Origin: an uncultured Candidatus Entotheonella sp.
Lineage (GTDB): Bacteria > Tectomicrobia > Entotheonellia > Entotheonellales > Entotheonellaceae
Assembly: GCA_965217185.1 (NCBI GenBank)
Contig: OZ244252.1
Location: 3,072,001-3,136,000 of the forward strand
Direction of reading: 5' to 3'
DNA length: 64,000 nucleotides
Positions 54,308 through 64,000 of this stretch are shown here, in pieces. Numbering within the stretch: the first letter of the stretch is position 1; every line of letters begins with the position of its first letter. Both the position numbers and the translations under genes were made by a program. Below the pieces are notes generated by a model. The model was given only the letters and a program-made list of their open reading frames with translations. It ran no database searches and was not told the DNA's origin.

Positions 54308-57043
54308 TCACACCTCAGCGGCCGCTATTGCCTCTTCCGCCTCCCTGACGACAGACCCCAGCCCGAAATAGTCTCTGACGCTGCCCGCTTCCTCCGGCTT
54401 CCGCTCCAGAAATGGCCCGGCCATGCTTGGCGCCAGCCCCATCGGGTACTTGCGCGCCAAGGCCGACACCGCAACCGTCAGGTTGTCCCCGAGCTCGTCA
54501 CGCAGCCTCTCGCGCACCCCCTTCTCGTGCGCCTTCTGACTTGCCAACCAGCGCAAAAACGGGTTCGGCACCAGGCGGATGACGCCGCCCCTGCCTTCGG
54601 GCTGCCACAGGTAGCCCTCGCTCCAATTCTCCCGGACGTGTACCAGCCGCAACAGCCGTGTCTCCTGTTCCGACAGATTGAACAATTCCTTCACCGTCCC
54701 GACCTCTTCCGGGTTCTGCTCCAGAAACAGCAAGTTGCCGGAGTTGTTCTTGATCGCCTGTGCCGCCGGCGAGTTGAAATCCGACAACTGCTGCGACATG
54801 AACATGGCGCAGCACCGGAAGCGCGCCAAAGCCCGCGCCGCTTCTTCCAGGAAGGCCGCCGCCGAGTCGTGCTTGAGCAGCGCCCATGCCTCGTCGAGAA
54901 TCAGGTACTTGCGCTGCTGGCGCGCCGCCGGGTTGGTGATGAACTGCATCAGGCGATACATCAGGGTGAGCAACAGCACCGATTGCAGGTCCTTCGCCTG
55001 TTCGAGCTTCGCCAGCTCGAAAACGGTCAACTTGTTGGTCAGCTTGAGCTCGTTCTTGCCGTCCACGAAGCCGGCGTACTCGCCGCGCCCGAAGTACTGG
55101 GCGATGCGCAGCGCGATCTGACTCGCCTTGCCCTGATCCTCAAAGGGCGGATGCAACAGCAGATCGTAAAAGTCCTTGAGCAGCAGTTCCTGCCCAGGCC
55201 GCTCTTTTTCGTGCCATTCGGCGAACACCTGCAATGCCTGGCTGCATACCGCCTTGTCGATCTGCCCCAGGCCGGCCGCATCCTGCCCGGAGACACCGCT
55301 GGCCATCTGGTCGATTACCGCCATCAGAAAGGTGCGGTGCGACGACCCAAGGTCGCCGGCAAACGGGTTGAAGCACAGCGGCTCGTCCAGATCGACCTGG
55401 ATGTATTCGCCCTTGTACACCTCGCACGTCGTGTCGTAGCTCGCCCACCGGTCGAGGATGACCACCGAGCTGCCGAGCGGCAGAGCCTGCTGGATAAGAT
55501 GATTGGTGAGGAAGGATTTACCGGAGCGCGACTTGCCTGACACGATGGTATGCGGCGCCGTCGTCGCGTCGAAGAAGTCACACGTCACCGCCTCGCCGCG
55601 GCGGTTGACGTAGAACTGTACCGGCGTCTGGCTGCCCGTGTAGTCACCGTACAGAGGCAGCAGGTGCGCCGCCACCAATGCGGGCAGGCGCCTTGAGCGC
55701 CGGAACATCTGATCCCTCGGGTATCTCAAATTCAGGCCCAGCGGCAGGCATTGCAGGAAAATCTGGTTGCCGAGCGTCGTTTCAGGCAGAAACTCCAAAT
55801 CCAGGCGCCGTCCCGATTGCGTAATGGCCGACACCGCCGACGACAGCGAGCGGTCGGCCCGCCCCCACAACACCAGGTGTACCCGCGTGTGCAGGATGTA
55901 CGACGTGGTGTCCTTCATCATCCGATCGAGGTCCTCGCGCAAGCGCACTTTTTCCGGGTCTTCTTCACCCAGGGCGGTGCTGCGCTGGAGATACGCGAAG
56001 TTGCGCTTCTGCCGCAGCCGCGCCCGCTCGTCCGTCTGATCGGGCACCCCGACCTGCGTTACCAGCGTCAAGGGCGTGTCCGGCAACGCCTCCCACGGCG
56101 CGAACGGCTCGCCGTCCTCCGGCGCGTGCAGGCTCGACAGCATGCCCGGGTAGGTGCGCGGCGGCGCCTGTTGCAGGCTCATCACCCGCGCCTGCCACGC
56201 ATGCTCGCGGCTGGGGTCGGTTTCGTCCGGGCCGAACTCCCAGGTGCCCTGCTGTGTCGTGCGCGCCGGCACGCTCAGAATCTGCTCGCGCATCGGGATT
56301 TCGGAATCGTAGCAACGCGCCTGCCGCTGCCAGGGCTGCAACAGCCGGGAAACCTCCCGGTGCATGGCGGCGCAATCGAGGCGTTCGTGCTCAACCCTGG
56401 CCATGCCAAAGACGCCCTCGCAAATCACCCGCAACTCCGCCAGCTCCGCCACCACCCGTTCCAATACCGTCTCGGTTATCCGGTTCATCTGCCGCAGCAG
56501 CGTCTTTTCCCGCTTGAACAGGGAAAACGCCCGTTGCTGCCGCCCCAGGTCGGGAACCGGCGCCGACAACCGCGCCGTCACCAGGGTCGTGGTTTCCCGC
56601 AGCCGCCAGCGCTTGGCGCCGTCCGCATGCGCCAGGCCCTCTTGCAGCGACGCTTCCTGAAACTTATCGACGCCGTAGGTGTCCGGCCCGCCCTTGCGGT
56701 ACTCGCTCCATTTATCTACCCGGTCGGTCGGCGCCATGTGCATGAGCACCTGGATCGTCGTCCCCGGCTCCAGGCTGCGGAACAGGTTCTGCAACACCGT
56801 CGCCATCTGCCGGACAGCCTCATCGGCAATCGCCCCGACGTTGCGCGGCTGTACTTTCCACATGCACCCGATAGCCGCGTCACGCGAGTTGTTGGGCTCT
56901 TGCAACAGAACCACGCCGTCCTCCGGGTCGCCGACAACCGGGCCATGCGGCAGCAGCGACGCGAACGGCGGATGGTCGGCGCGGGCAATCTCGCCGATGC
57001 CGTTCACCCCTTTGCCAACTTCCCCTTCGAGCGTTGCAGCCAT
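54308..57043 (-). CDS. traC: TraC/VirB4 conjugative ATPase
   Basis: GKSRSGKS Walker A, ILDEAW Walker B, FNPF, MSQQLSDF. Confidence 0.92.
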   Translation of the reverse strand: MAATLEGEVGKGVNGIGEIARADHPPFASLLPHGPVVGDPEDGVVLLQEPNNSRDAAIGCMWKVQPRNVGAIADEAVRQMATVLQNLFRSLEPGTTIQVLMHMAPTDRVDKWSEYRKGGPDTYGVDKFQEASLQEGLAHADGAKRWRLRETTTLVTARLSAPVPDLGRQQRAFSLFKREKTLLRQMNRITETVLERVVAELAELRVICEGVFGMARVEHERLDCAAMHREVSRLLQPWQRQARCYDSEIPMREQILSVPARTTQQGTWEFGPDETDPSREHAWQARVMSLQQAPPRTYPGMLSSLHAPEDGEPFAPWEALPDTPLTLVTQVGVPDQTDERARLRQKRNFAYLQRSTALGEEDPEKVRLREDLDRMMKDTTSYILHTRVHLVLWGRADRSLSSAVSAITQSGRRLDLEFLPETTLGNQIFLQCLPLGLNLRYPRDQMFRRSRRLPALVAAHLLPLYGDYTGSQTPVQFYVNRRGEAVTCDFFDATTAPHTIVSGKSRSGKSFLTNHLIQQALPLGSSVVILDRWASYDTTCEVYKGEYIQVDLDEPLCFNPFAGDLGSSHRTFLMAVIDQMASGVSGQDAAGLGQIDKAVCSQALQVFAEWHEKERPGQELLLKDFYDLLLHPPFEDQGKASQIALRIAQYFGRGEYAGFVDGKNELKLTNKLTVFELAKLEQAKDLQSVLLLTLMYRLMQFITNPAARQQRKYLILDEAWALLKHDSAAAFLEEAARALARFRCCAMFMSQQLSDFNSPAAQAIKNNSGNLLFLEQNPEEVGTVKELFNLSEQETRLLRLVHVRENWSEGYLWQPEGRGGVIRLVPNPFLRWLASQKAHEKGVRERLRDELGDNLTVAVSALARKYPMGLAPSMAGPFLERKPEEAGSVRDYFGLGSVVREAEEAIAAAEV

Positions 57044-57051
57044 CGTTTCCC

Positions 57052-57429
57052 TCACTTCCCGCGTGGCAGCGCGATGGGCGCCGGCGCCGGCAATTTCAAC
57101 TTGAGTACCCGGTCCCCCTGGTAGCCCTTCAGAAACCATTGCGACGACTCCAGCATCACGTACACCCAGTGCCCGGCGATCAGGTCGCCGTCGTCGTTGA
57201 GGTGCGCCGTGATCCATACCCGCTGCACCTCCGGCGGCTGCACCAGCGGCAGGTACGGTTCCTCCGGTCCCAGGGCGCCCGGCGACGGCCCCAGTTGCGG
57301 CACTTCCACCGCCTCGCCGCCAGACCCCATTTCGGCGTGCAGGTCGCGGCTTTCTCCCAGGTACGGCTGCGGCGTGCAGCCAACGGCCAGCAGGCCGACG
57401 ATCAGGCCCAACAGTGCGTAGCGTTTCAA
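57052..57429 (-). CDS. traV: TraV lipoprotein
   Basis: LAVGC lipobox; P.VQRVWI..H..DDGDL..GHWVY....W signature. Confidence 0.8.
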   Translation of the reverse strand: MKRYALLGLIVGLLAVGCTPQPYLGESRDLHAEMGSGGEAVEVPQLGPSPGALGPEEPYLPLVQPPEVQRVWITAHLNDDGDLIAGHWVYVMLESSQWFLKGYQGDRVLKLKLPAPAPIALPRGK

Positions 57430-57439
57430 CAAGCCCTCC

Positions 57440-58564
57440 TTAATCGAAGTCCGAAGCCACCGACGGCCAGCCCGCAACGGCCGGCAACCCCTCGACCGTC
57501 ACGCCTTCGAGCATCACCACGTACACCGGTGTCTGGCTCTCGATCCACACCACCGGCAGGATTTCTTCGGCCCGTTTCAAGAAGAACTCTTGTATCCGTG
57601 TCGTTGTCTCCGAGGTACCCACGTCGCCCAGGATGGCCCCCGCAATGCCGAGCTCCTTGGCAATCGCAACGTCGGCATATATGCCGGCCGCGGTCGTGCC
57701 CATCGCCGACAACAGGTTGGCCAGCCACCGACCGCTGCGAAACTCCCAACGCCCCGGCACCCCCAGGGTGCCGTCCTCGCCGGTGAAGTAACCCCGTACC
57801 GCACGCTCGAAAGACGTGCCGTCGGGCAGCACGCACGACAGGCTGACCGCCTCGACCCTGGCGCGCACCGAGGTCAGGTCGGCAGTCGCCTTGCCGATCA
57901 TCAGGCAGCCTTCAAGCGGAATCTCGGTATCGTTCGGACCGGAATAGGCGCTGCGTAAATCCACCAACACGGGCAAGGCATCGCCGCGCACCTTCGTTGC
58001 GAAGGCGCCGGTCATCAACTGGCCCGTCACCAGGGAACCGATCGGCAGGCGCACCCACGGACCGCTTGCCGGGGCCGGAGGTGCGGGCGGCGGAACCGCA
58101 GATACCGGGGCGGCCTCGGCGCCGCCCGGACGCAGAATGCGCAGCCTCGGGGCCGCCGCCTGCCGCTGCTCGGTATCCCGCGCGATCTCAATGGCCGCCT
58201 TCAAAGCCGCTTCCAACTGCTCCGTATAAGACCGTTCCTGCTCCTCAAAACGAGCGTTGAACCGTGTCTTCTGAGTCTCCACGTCACGCAGCAGGCGACT
58301 GTGTTGCTCTTTCTGCTGGCTCAGGGCGTAATTCAGGCTTTCAACCGCCACCTGCATTTCCGTCAGCGCCTTCGCCGTCGTCGCGTCGCCCGGCAAGGCC
58401 CCGGCGCCGAAGCGATCCTCTGCCTGCTGTTGCTGCACGACTTGCGGATCCTCACCGGGGACGAACAGGAACCACGCCATGACCAGCACCCCGCCGACGA
58501 TGGCTACCGCATACGCCTTGTTGCCCTTCGCCCAGGTAACGATTCCGTTCAACCAGTTCGGCAT
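57440..58564 (-). CDS. traB: TraB/VirB10-like protein
   Basis: LPIGS..L.TG..PVL..GC..IGKA.ADL..R..LSCV..G..GEDG..G. Confidence 0.85.
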   Translation of the reverse strand: MPNWLNGIVTWAKGNKAYAVAIVGGVLVMAWFLFVPGEDPQVVQQQQAEDRFGAGALPGDATTAKALTEMQVAVESLNYALSQQKEQHSRLLRDVETQKTRFNARFEEQERSYTEQLEAALKAAIEIARDTEQRQAAAPRLRILRPGGAEAAPVSAVPPPAPPAPASGPWVRLPIGSLVTGQLMTGAFATKVRGDALPVLVDLRSAYSGPNDTEIPLEGCLMIGKATADLTSVRARVEAVSLSCVLPDGTSFERAVRGYFTGEDGTLGVPGRWEFRSGRWLANLLSAMGTTAAGIYADVAIAKELGIAGAILGDVGTSETTTRIQEFFLKRAEEILPVVWIESQTPVYVVMLEGVTVEGLPAVAGWPSVASDFD

Positions 58565-58577
58565 GCCCAGGTCTCCC

Positions 58578-59285
58578 TCAGTACGGCGATCCCGGTTCGA
58601 TAACCAGATACACCCGCGTCTCCCCACCCGCCGGGATCGTCTCCAGGTCCGCAGCGATGGCCTTCAGTCCCGGCGCCTGGTACTCCGGCAGGCGCAGCAC
58701 GAACGGCATCTGCGTCAGGTTGCGCGCCGTGCCGAGAAAGCCCAGGTAGCGGCCCGCCGCGTACAGGTGCGTGGTTTGAATCTCTACCTCCTTCGACGAC
58801 GCCAGCGACTGGCTGTGCGCCAGGACCTCGACGCCGGGCAGCTTGTCCCCCTTGAGCATCGCCACCAGCAGACGCCGCATCGGGTTGCCCTGCGGACGCC
58901 GCGCACGCCCAGGGACGGCCGGCGGCGCTTCCCCAAAGCGCGGCGGTGCCTGCGGCAGGATGAGCTGCACTTCCGTATCCGGTGGATCGTGTTCAACAAG
59001 GCTGAGCAGGTGCAGCCGACCGCTATGACCGACCACGAACAACGTTGTACTGAAGCCTTCCCGCAGGCTCTGGATGAACAGCCGCTCACCCTCGATCTCC
59101 AGCGACAACGCGCCCGGATCGGCGCTCGTCGGAATCGCCTTGATCCCCTCCGGGAAGGTCACCACCGTCGGCACCCCGACGGCAATGTGAATCTCCACCG
59201 CATCGCCGGTGCTCACTTCCAGCCGCGCCGCCCACGACGGCGCCGCAAGGAACAAAACAGCCAGAAACACGACAAGTTGTTTCAT
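58578..59285 (-). CDS. traK: TraK-like secretin-type protein
   Basis: Signal peptide; position between traE and traB. Confidence 0.65.
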   Translation of the reverse strand: MKQLVVFLAVLFLAAPSWAARLEVSTGDAVEIHIAVGVPTVVTFPEGIKAIPTSADPGALSLEIEGERLFIQSLREGFSTTLFVVGHSGRLHLLSLVEHDPPDTEVQLILPQAPPRFGEAPPAVPGRARRPQGNPMRRLLVAMLKGDKLPGVEVLAHSQSLASSKEVEIQTTHLYAAGRYLGFLGTARNLTQMPFVLRLPEYQAPGLKAIAADLETIPAGGETRVYLVIEPGSPY

Positions 59286-59884
59286 CAGCCCGTCTCCGCT
59301 GTCAGAGGCTCGGTGAACTCAAGCCCGATCAGGGCAAGGCCCCAAGGATTCAGAGGACCTGGTTGCACCCGCTGGAAACGCAGGGTGACGCCCAATTCCT
59401 CGTCTCGAATCGGCAATGTCCCCGCAAACACCCGCCGCAGCGCGTCGATGCGGGCGCCGTAACCGCCGCTGAACCGCCCTACCACCGTGTTACGAATGGA
59501 CAACTGCGTACTCAAATTGTGCTCACGCATCATCAGCCGTTCACGCTCCGACCGCGCCTTGAAGATGCCCAGGAGCTGCGGGTGGAAAAGCTGCGCCACG
59601 CGCTCGTGCGCCGCCGCCGCCGTCTCCGGCGTGATGTTGTACAGAACGAGAACGACCTGTTCGGAAAGGGCCTTGACGAAGGCATCGGGAACCTCGTTGG
59701 GAATGACGAGGCCGGGCGCCACCTCCGCGGTGCCGTAGCACACCGGCAACCCCGACAGCCGCTGCCACAGGACCAGCACGCTCAGCACCACGCAGGCCAG
59801 CGCCAACAGCCCCGCCGCCGTTTCCAGGCGCAGGATTCGGACCTCGCCGGCGCCGAACAGGTCAGGCAGTCCTTTAGCCATCAA
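59285..59884 (-). CDS. traE: TraE-like protein
   Basis: TM helix, N.TP motif, NPWGL; operon order. Confidence 0.65.
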   Translation of the reverse strand: MMAKGLPDLFGAGEVRILRLETAAGLLALACVVLSVLVLWQRLSGLPVCYGTAEVAPGLVIPNEVPDAFVKALSEQVVLVLYNITPETAAAAHERVAQLFHPQLLGIFKARSERERLMMREHNLSTQLSIRNTVVGRFSGGYGARIDALRRVFAGTLPIRDEELGVTLRFQRVQPGPLNPWGLALIGLEFTEPLTAETG

Positions 59885-59898
59885 CGCCCTCCGTCGCG

Positions 59899-60201
59899 TT
59901 ATTCGTCATCGAAATCTCCCGTCACGGGTGAATACGCCACGTCCCGAACCGGCAGGACGCCGGGAATGTGCAAGATGTCCAACCTGTGCATCAGGTGGAT
60001 CAGCACCCCCGGCGCCTTGCCCTTCTTGAGACGACGCAGCGCAATACCGAACGCCAGCGTCACGAAGAAGACCGGTATGAAGCCCTCGAAAATAAAAAGA
60101 CCGGAGAACACCATCACCGCGCTCAGCGCCGCGATGTCTTCGACCTCGAAGCCGAAGATCAACACCGGCGTATCGAGCTCGGTCGGACACTCAACCCACA
60201 C
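59899..60201 (-). CDS. traL: TraL-like protein
   Basis: P..LD.P...FGFEVED..K.GK..G.L.H signature. Confidence 0.75.
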   Translation of the reverse strand: MWVECPTELDTPVLIFGFEVEDIAALSAVMVFSGLFIFEGFIPVFFVTLAFGIALRRLKKGKAPGVLIHLMHRLDILHIPGVLPVRDVAYSPVTGDFDDE

Positions 60202-60775
60202 GACTCAAAGTCCCTGCCGCGCGGGCTTGAATACCAGCGGCTACCTTGCCCATTTGCTGCCGAAGATGCTGGCAGACAACGGTTGGCCGCAGCGCCACGA
60301 CGATGCCGAGCGCCAGCCACACCACCGGATCAGGCCCGTACTTCAGCACCGGGAGAAGCGGCCAGAGCAGGACAAGGCCCGCTTGGGCCAGAAAGTCCAG
60401 CACCCCGTCGCCGGCCGCCCACGGCACGAACGGCGCTACGCCTGCCACAGGGTCAGCGGCTGTCGCGTCGAAGGCGTCGCCGATGATGTTCGGCACGAAG
60501 GCAACCGCAATCCCCGCTCCCAGGCCGCTGACGCCCAGGCCCATCTTGCCCACTACCACCATGCCGATACCGGCAATGGCCAGGATCATCGCCAGCATCT
60601 TGCCGACGTTGCCTTTCAGATACGCCTGCACCGTATTGGCGAAGCTGTCCAGGCCGCCCAACGTCACCGCCGTACCGCCCGTGATCGTACCGGCCTCGAC
60701 CAGCCAGCCTTGCATGTTCCCCAAGAACGTCAGGCAACCCAGGGCCAGGAACCAGAAAACGTACCGACGAGTCAT
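60191..60775 (-). CDS. traA: TraA-like pilin with C-terminal hydrophobic extension
   Basis: Leader, then YLKGNVGK and two TM helices; first gene of the operon. Confidence 0.6.
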   Translation of the reverse strand: MTRRYVFWFLALGCLTFLGNMQGWLVEAGTITGGTAVTLGGLDSFANTVQAYLKGNVGKMLAMILAIAGIGMVVVGKMGLGVSGLGAGIAVAFVPNIIGDAFDATAADPVAGVAPFVPWAAGDGVLDFLAQAGLVLLWPLLPVLKYGPDPVVWLALGIVVALRPTVVCQHLRQQMGKVAAGIQARAAGTLSRVG

Positions 60776-61375
60776 GACTTGCTCCTTTTGATTCACCCGA
60801 CAGCCCATGTCGAACTGCCGGGCTTGCATAGCTTGATACCAGCAAAACAGGTTGTTGAACGACCAGATCAACAAGCGAGGCGGGGCGCGGGGAAATTGCG
60901 GTGGCATAAGGAGGAGGGATTTAGTTGTAAGGATGCCCATCGTTTCTCACCACTGATCGACAGACCTGTTCTGCCCAGGTTCAGGCGGCATCGCGCGCCA
61001 CTTCCAGTAGTTGCTGAGGGCAGCCATGCAGCGTTTCATGCCGCTCAGGAGCAACTCTACGAACCGTTCGCCCATCGTTCTTCCCTTTCATGGATTCCGA
61101 CCTCGAATACAGCACCAAGTGACTGCTACCGACCCCATTGTTTCCCTCGCCGTCGGTCGTCCACTCCGTAACGTGCTTGCCACCCCCCACCAGGAGCCCG
61201 CTCGATGCGACACCAAGGAGGCTCCTGGCAGTCCCGTCGATGTGTGCTCAACACCTTAAGGAGGCGTTGACAGCGACTGCCGTTTGTGATGCCTTTCTGT
61301 ATCGTGCCGATTCATCGGCGGGGCCGGTGAATGTCCGTCCCCGACGCCACCCGGAGCAGACTGGAGGCTATGGAT

Positions 61376-61858
61376 ATGCAATCCCAGGACAAACTGGCCG
61401 ATTTACTTCGGGCCTATATCAAAGAGGAAGCGCCCGGCGACATCTGGCAGGTGGTCAGCGCCGACATCTCCACCGTTCTGAGAAAACTCATTGCGCTGAG
61501 CGCCGAGTGCCAGCGCGCCAAGCTGGAACTGGATCGGCTGAAGAAGGGCCTGGAGCCCCTCGGCGATAATTCCTCCTTGCACACACAAATGCGAAACAGT
61601 ATATTACAAAATATACATGATACGGGAGGAAACGTCGAAATGAATGCAACGATCGTTAATCCCTCGGAATCGGAGGGATTTTTCCTGGCCCCGGGCCAGA
61701 CCGTCAGGCTGCCGCAGAGCGCGAAGAGCGCTCTCAAGCGGCCCTTTTTGCACTGGTGCAAAGTCTGCAATGAGCTGTCGCGCAGCAACAATGCAGATCC
61801 GGCAACCTGCCCGAGGCGGGAATGCCGCTCGGCATTCTGGAGAACGGGGAAATTCTGA
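61376..61858 (+). CDS. Hypothetical protein with C-terminal Zn ribbon (CKVC..CPRREC..W); possible regulator
   Basis: RBS ggagg; Cys motif; divergent from the tra operon. Confidence 0.55.
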   Translation: MQSQDKLADLLRAYIKEEAPGDIWQVVSADISTVLRKLIALSAECQRAKLELDRLKKGLEPLGDNSSLHTQMRNSILQNIHDTGGNVEMNATIVNPSESEGFFLAPGQTVRLPQSAKSALKRPFLHWCKVCNELSRSNNADPATCPRRECRSAFWRTGKF

Positions 61859-62080
61859 GGGGTGAATTCACAGCAGGGACTGGCGAGGACAACAGATCAT
61901 CAGACCTGGAAACGACTCGGCAGCGTACAGTTGGAGAAACCCAGACGGGAATGGCACCAGAGCCAGTCTCAGCGAAAACGGTGTCAGGCAAATAACTCTA
62001 ACGAGACAAATACCCCCACCTACAGGATGCTCTTCATAGGCAAATGCGACGCAGACAAGCTGATAGACAGGAGGGGAACG

Positions 62081-62446
62081 ATGTCCCCGGGACAGCAACT
62101 TCAGAGGCTGCTCGCTGAGATCCCCGGCTATGAAGCTGACGACATCGTGAACTTGCTGCCTCTTGCCGCCGCCCTGCAAAGCGCCCTGTACGCCCGCATC
62201 CTCGCACTCCAACAACGAACCGTCCTTCCCGAGACCGATTACCTCCTGAACACCGACGAAATCGCCAGCCGCCTCGGCACGTCCACCAAGTGGGTCCGCG
62301 ACAACATCGAATCGCTGCCCTTTGCCTTTCAGATAGGCAGAGTCCGCCGTTTTTCAGCCCGTGGTCTGGAAGAATGGATTAGCGAACATCGGGCGGCTAG
62401 AATAGCCGCGGCACTGCCCCCCGAAAGGAGGCAGTATGCGAGGTAA
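62081..62446 (+). CDS. Excisionase-like HTH protein
   Basis: LLNTDEIASRLG.S..WV..LPF..IG..RRF...LEEWI; overlaps the integrase start. Confidence 0.8.
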   Translation: MSPGQQLQRLLAEIPGYEADDIVNLLPLAAALQSALYARILALQQRTVLPETDYLLNTDEIASRLGTSTKWVRDNIESLPFAFQIGRVRRFSARGLEEWISEHRAARIAAALPPERRQYAR

Positions 62447-63467
62447 TGGAAGGGTTTTTCAGCGCGGTCAGATTTGGTGGGTCTCCTATTACCACGACGG
62501 GCGAGAACATCGTGAATCGTCGAAGTCGCGGCAGCGCAAGGATGCCATCAGGCTGCTCCGCCAGCGCATCGGAGACATCGCGGCGGGAACGTTTCGACCT
62601 CTGCCTGCATCTGGCCGAACAGCCACAAGACCCGTCACGGTTCATGACCTGCTCGACCTGCTCGAGTACAACTATCGGCTCAACAATCGATTGGGCAAGT
62701 CAAACGCAACTTATTTGAAACGGCTACGCCAGCGTTTCACAAGCTACACGGTCCACGCTTGCACCGGCCTGGCCATCAGTCATTACATGGACGCAATGCA
62801 GCGGGCAGGTCGAAAAGCATCAACCATCAACCGCGAAATAGCGGTTCTCCGTTCTGCTTTCCGACTCGGATACCGACACGATATCGTGGGCAGGGTGCCA
62901 GCCATCAAGCTGTTGCCGGATTACTCGGTACGCAACGAGTTTTTCACCCGTGTGGAAATCGATGCGTTGCTTCCCTACCTGCCCAACTACCTCCGCGACG
63001 TGGTCCTGTTCGGATTCCTGACCGGTTGGCGTAAAGGCGAAATCGCCAGCCTAAAATGGGCGAACGTCAACCGCGGGGCTGCGGTGATCCGGTTGGAGCC
63101 GGAGCAAAACAAAGGGCGCACAGTGCGGGTTCTGGCCTTGCAGGGCGAATTGACGGCACTCATCGAGCGACGCTGGCGCGCCCGAAAAGTCGGTCAGACG
63201 CTGGCACAACACGCATTCCACCGCGATGGCCACCCTCTGGGCGATTTCCGCCGCTCTTGGCTTGTGGCCTGCCGTAAAGCCGGTTTAGGACACCGGTGGT
63301 TCCATAGCCTACGCCGCAGCGCAGCCCGCAACATGTCCCTGCAGGGCATTCCCGAGAAGGTCATCATGTCGATCATGGGCCACAAGACGCGCGTAATGTT
63401 CGACCGTTACAATATCGTCACCGAGTCGGACCAGCGCGAGTATGCAAAGCGGCTATTCGGGCCGTAA
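62436..63467 (+). CDS. int: Tyrosine recombinase/integrase
   Basis: GWRKGE, K, HSLRR, GHKT, DRY catalytic set is intact. Confidence 0.95.
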   Translation: MRGNGRVFQRGQIWWVSYYHDGREHRESSKSRQRKDAIRLLRQRIGDIAAGTFRPLPASGRTATRPVTVHDLLDLLEYNYRLNNRLGKSNATYLKRLRQRFTSYTVHACTGLAISHYMDAMQRAGRKASTINREIAVLRSAFRLGYRHDIVGRVPAIKLLPDYSVRNEFFTRVEIDALLPYLPNYLRDVVLFGFLTGWRKGEIASLKWANVNRGAAVIRLEPEQNKGRTVRVLALQGELTALIERRWRARKVGQTLAQHAFHRDGHPLGDFRRSWLVACRKAGLGHRWFHSLRRSAARNMSLQGIPEKVIMSIMGHKTRVMFDRYNIVTESDQREYAKRLFGP

Positions 63468-63556
63468 CACGGACAATGACGCGGACAACCTGACAGTTGC
63501 AGCTGGCAGAGGGTTGATTCGTAAGGGGTTCTGGGTTTCAGTGGTTACATGTACAA
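63468..63556 (+). other. Candidate attR (arm repeats CGGACAA x2; core 63544-63556)
   Basis: cacggacaatgacgcggacaac directly after the int stop; core matches 18893-18905. Confidence 0.6.
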
Positions 63557-63612
63557 TGGGCCAGGTACGACGACAGATGAACGAATACTCGGACACGATG
63601 AGGGGAAGGACT

Positions 63613-64000
63613 GTGATTGAAACGGAATTGCGAGCGTTCATGGAGAAGCTGGCGGCGGCGAGCGGCGAGGTGATCCGGCCATATTTTGCCAGCGCGGATC
63701 TGGACGTGGAACTCAAGGGCGACCGCAGCCCGGTGACGCAGGCCGACCGCGAGGCGGAGGCGGTGATGCGGAAGCTGATCGGCCAGCATTACCCGCAGCA
63801 CGGCATCGTCGGGGAGGAGTTCGGGACGGAGAACGACGGGGCGGAATTCGTGTGGGTGCTCGACCCGATCGACGGCACCATCTCGTTTGCCAGCGGCTGC
63901 CCGTTGTTCGGCACGCTGATCGGGCTTCTGCATGAGGGAAAGCCGGTGCTGGGGGCCATCCATCAGCCGATCCTGGAGCAATTGTGTATTGGAGATAACG
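63613..64000 (+). CDS. hisN: Histidinol-phosphatase, inositol monophosphatase family (3'-partial)
   Basis: K.D.SPVT.ADREAE..HGIVGEEFG..WVLDPIDGT.SF..G.P.FGTLI. Confidence 0.88.
   Translation, partial: MIETELRAFMEKLAAASGEVIRPYFASADLDVELKGDRSPVTQADREAEAVMRKLIGQHYPQHGIVGEEFGTENDGAEFVWVLDPIDGTISFASGCPLFGTLIGLLHEGKPVLGAIHQPILEQLCIGDN

Larger units (their letters stand above)
18893..63556. mobile_element. Degenerate integrative conjugative element (~44.7 kb)
   Basis: Integrase/xis at the right end, tra operon, heterogeneous lower-GC cargo, and direct repeat gttgcatgtacaa (18893-18905) / gttacatgtacaa (63544-63556). Internal sequences next to the two cores are imperfect inverted copies of each other. 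Confidence 0.7.

Noticed and set aside
63468..63612. tRNA or tmRNA integration target
   Set aside because: No tRNA-like sequence found at either end of the element.

Overview
GC-rich bacterial chromosomal window with three parts. (1) 1-18.9 kb is host backbone. It holds two tandem giant modular RTX/T1SS-type surface proteins (one with a eukaryote-like SRCR domain, one with an HExxH peptidase module and a His-rich tract), each carrying a single lesion. It also holds dense REP-like palindromes, an ABC-SBP/LLM/LLM/dienelactone-hydrolase operon and a lipoprotein. (2) About 18,893-63,556 is a decaying ~44.7 kb integrative conjugative element, with tyrosine integrase and excisionase at the right end, an F-type tra operon, and candidate att cores GTTRCATGTACAA. 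Its cargo includes HU, resolvases, a Tn3 remnant, a Ubl/E2/JAB-E1 bacterial ubiquitination operon, HEPN/AbiV/zeta and several toxin-antitoxin genes, and IS5, IS701 and ISNCY-like elements. (3) The 5' part of hisN closes the window. The most striking unexplained structure is a set of six co-oriented dif-like (XerC/XerD) 28-29 bp sites, several of which delimit one- or few-gene cassettes like an integron array. One site is interrupted by an ORF-less group II intron whose EBS1 is complementary to the XerC arm, and that intron is itself invaded by an RT-encoding group II intron (a twintron). All calls are by eye from motifs; no database searches were run.
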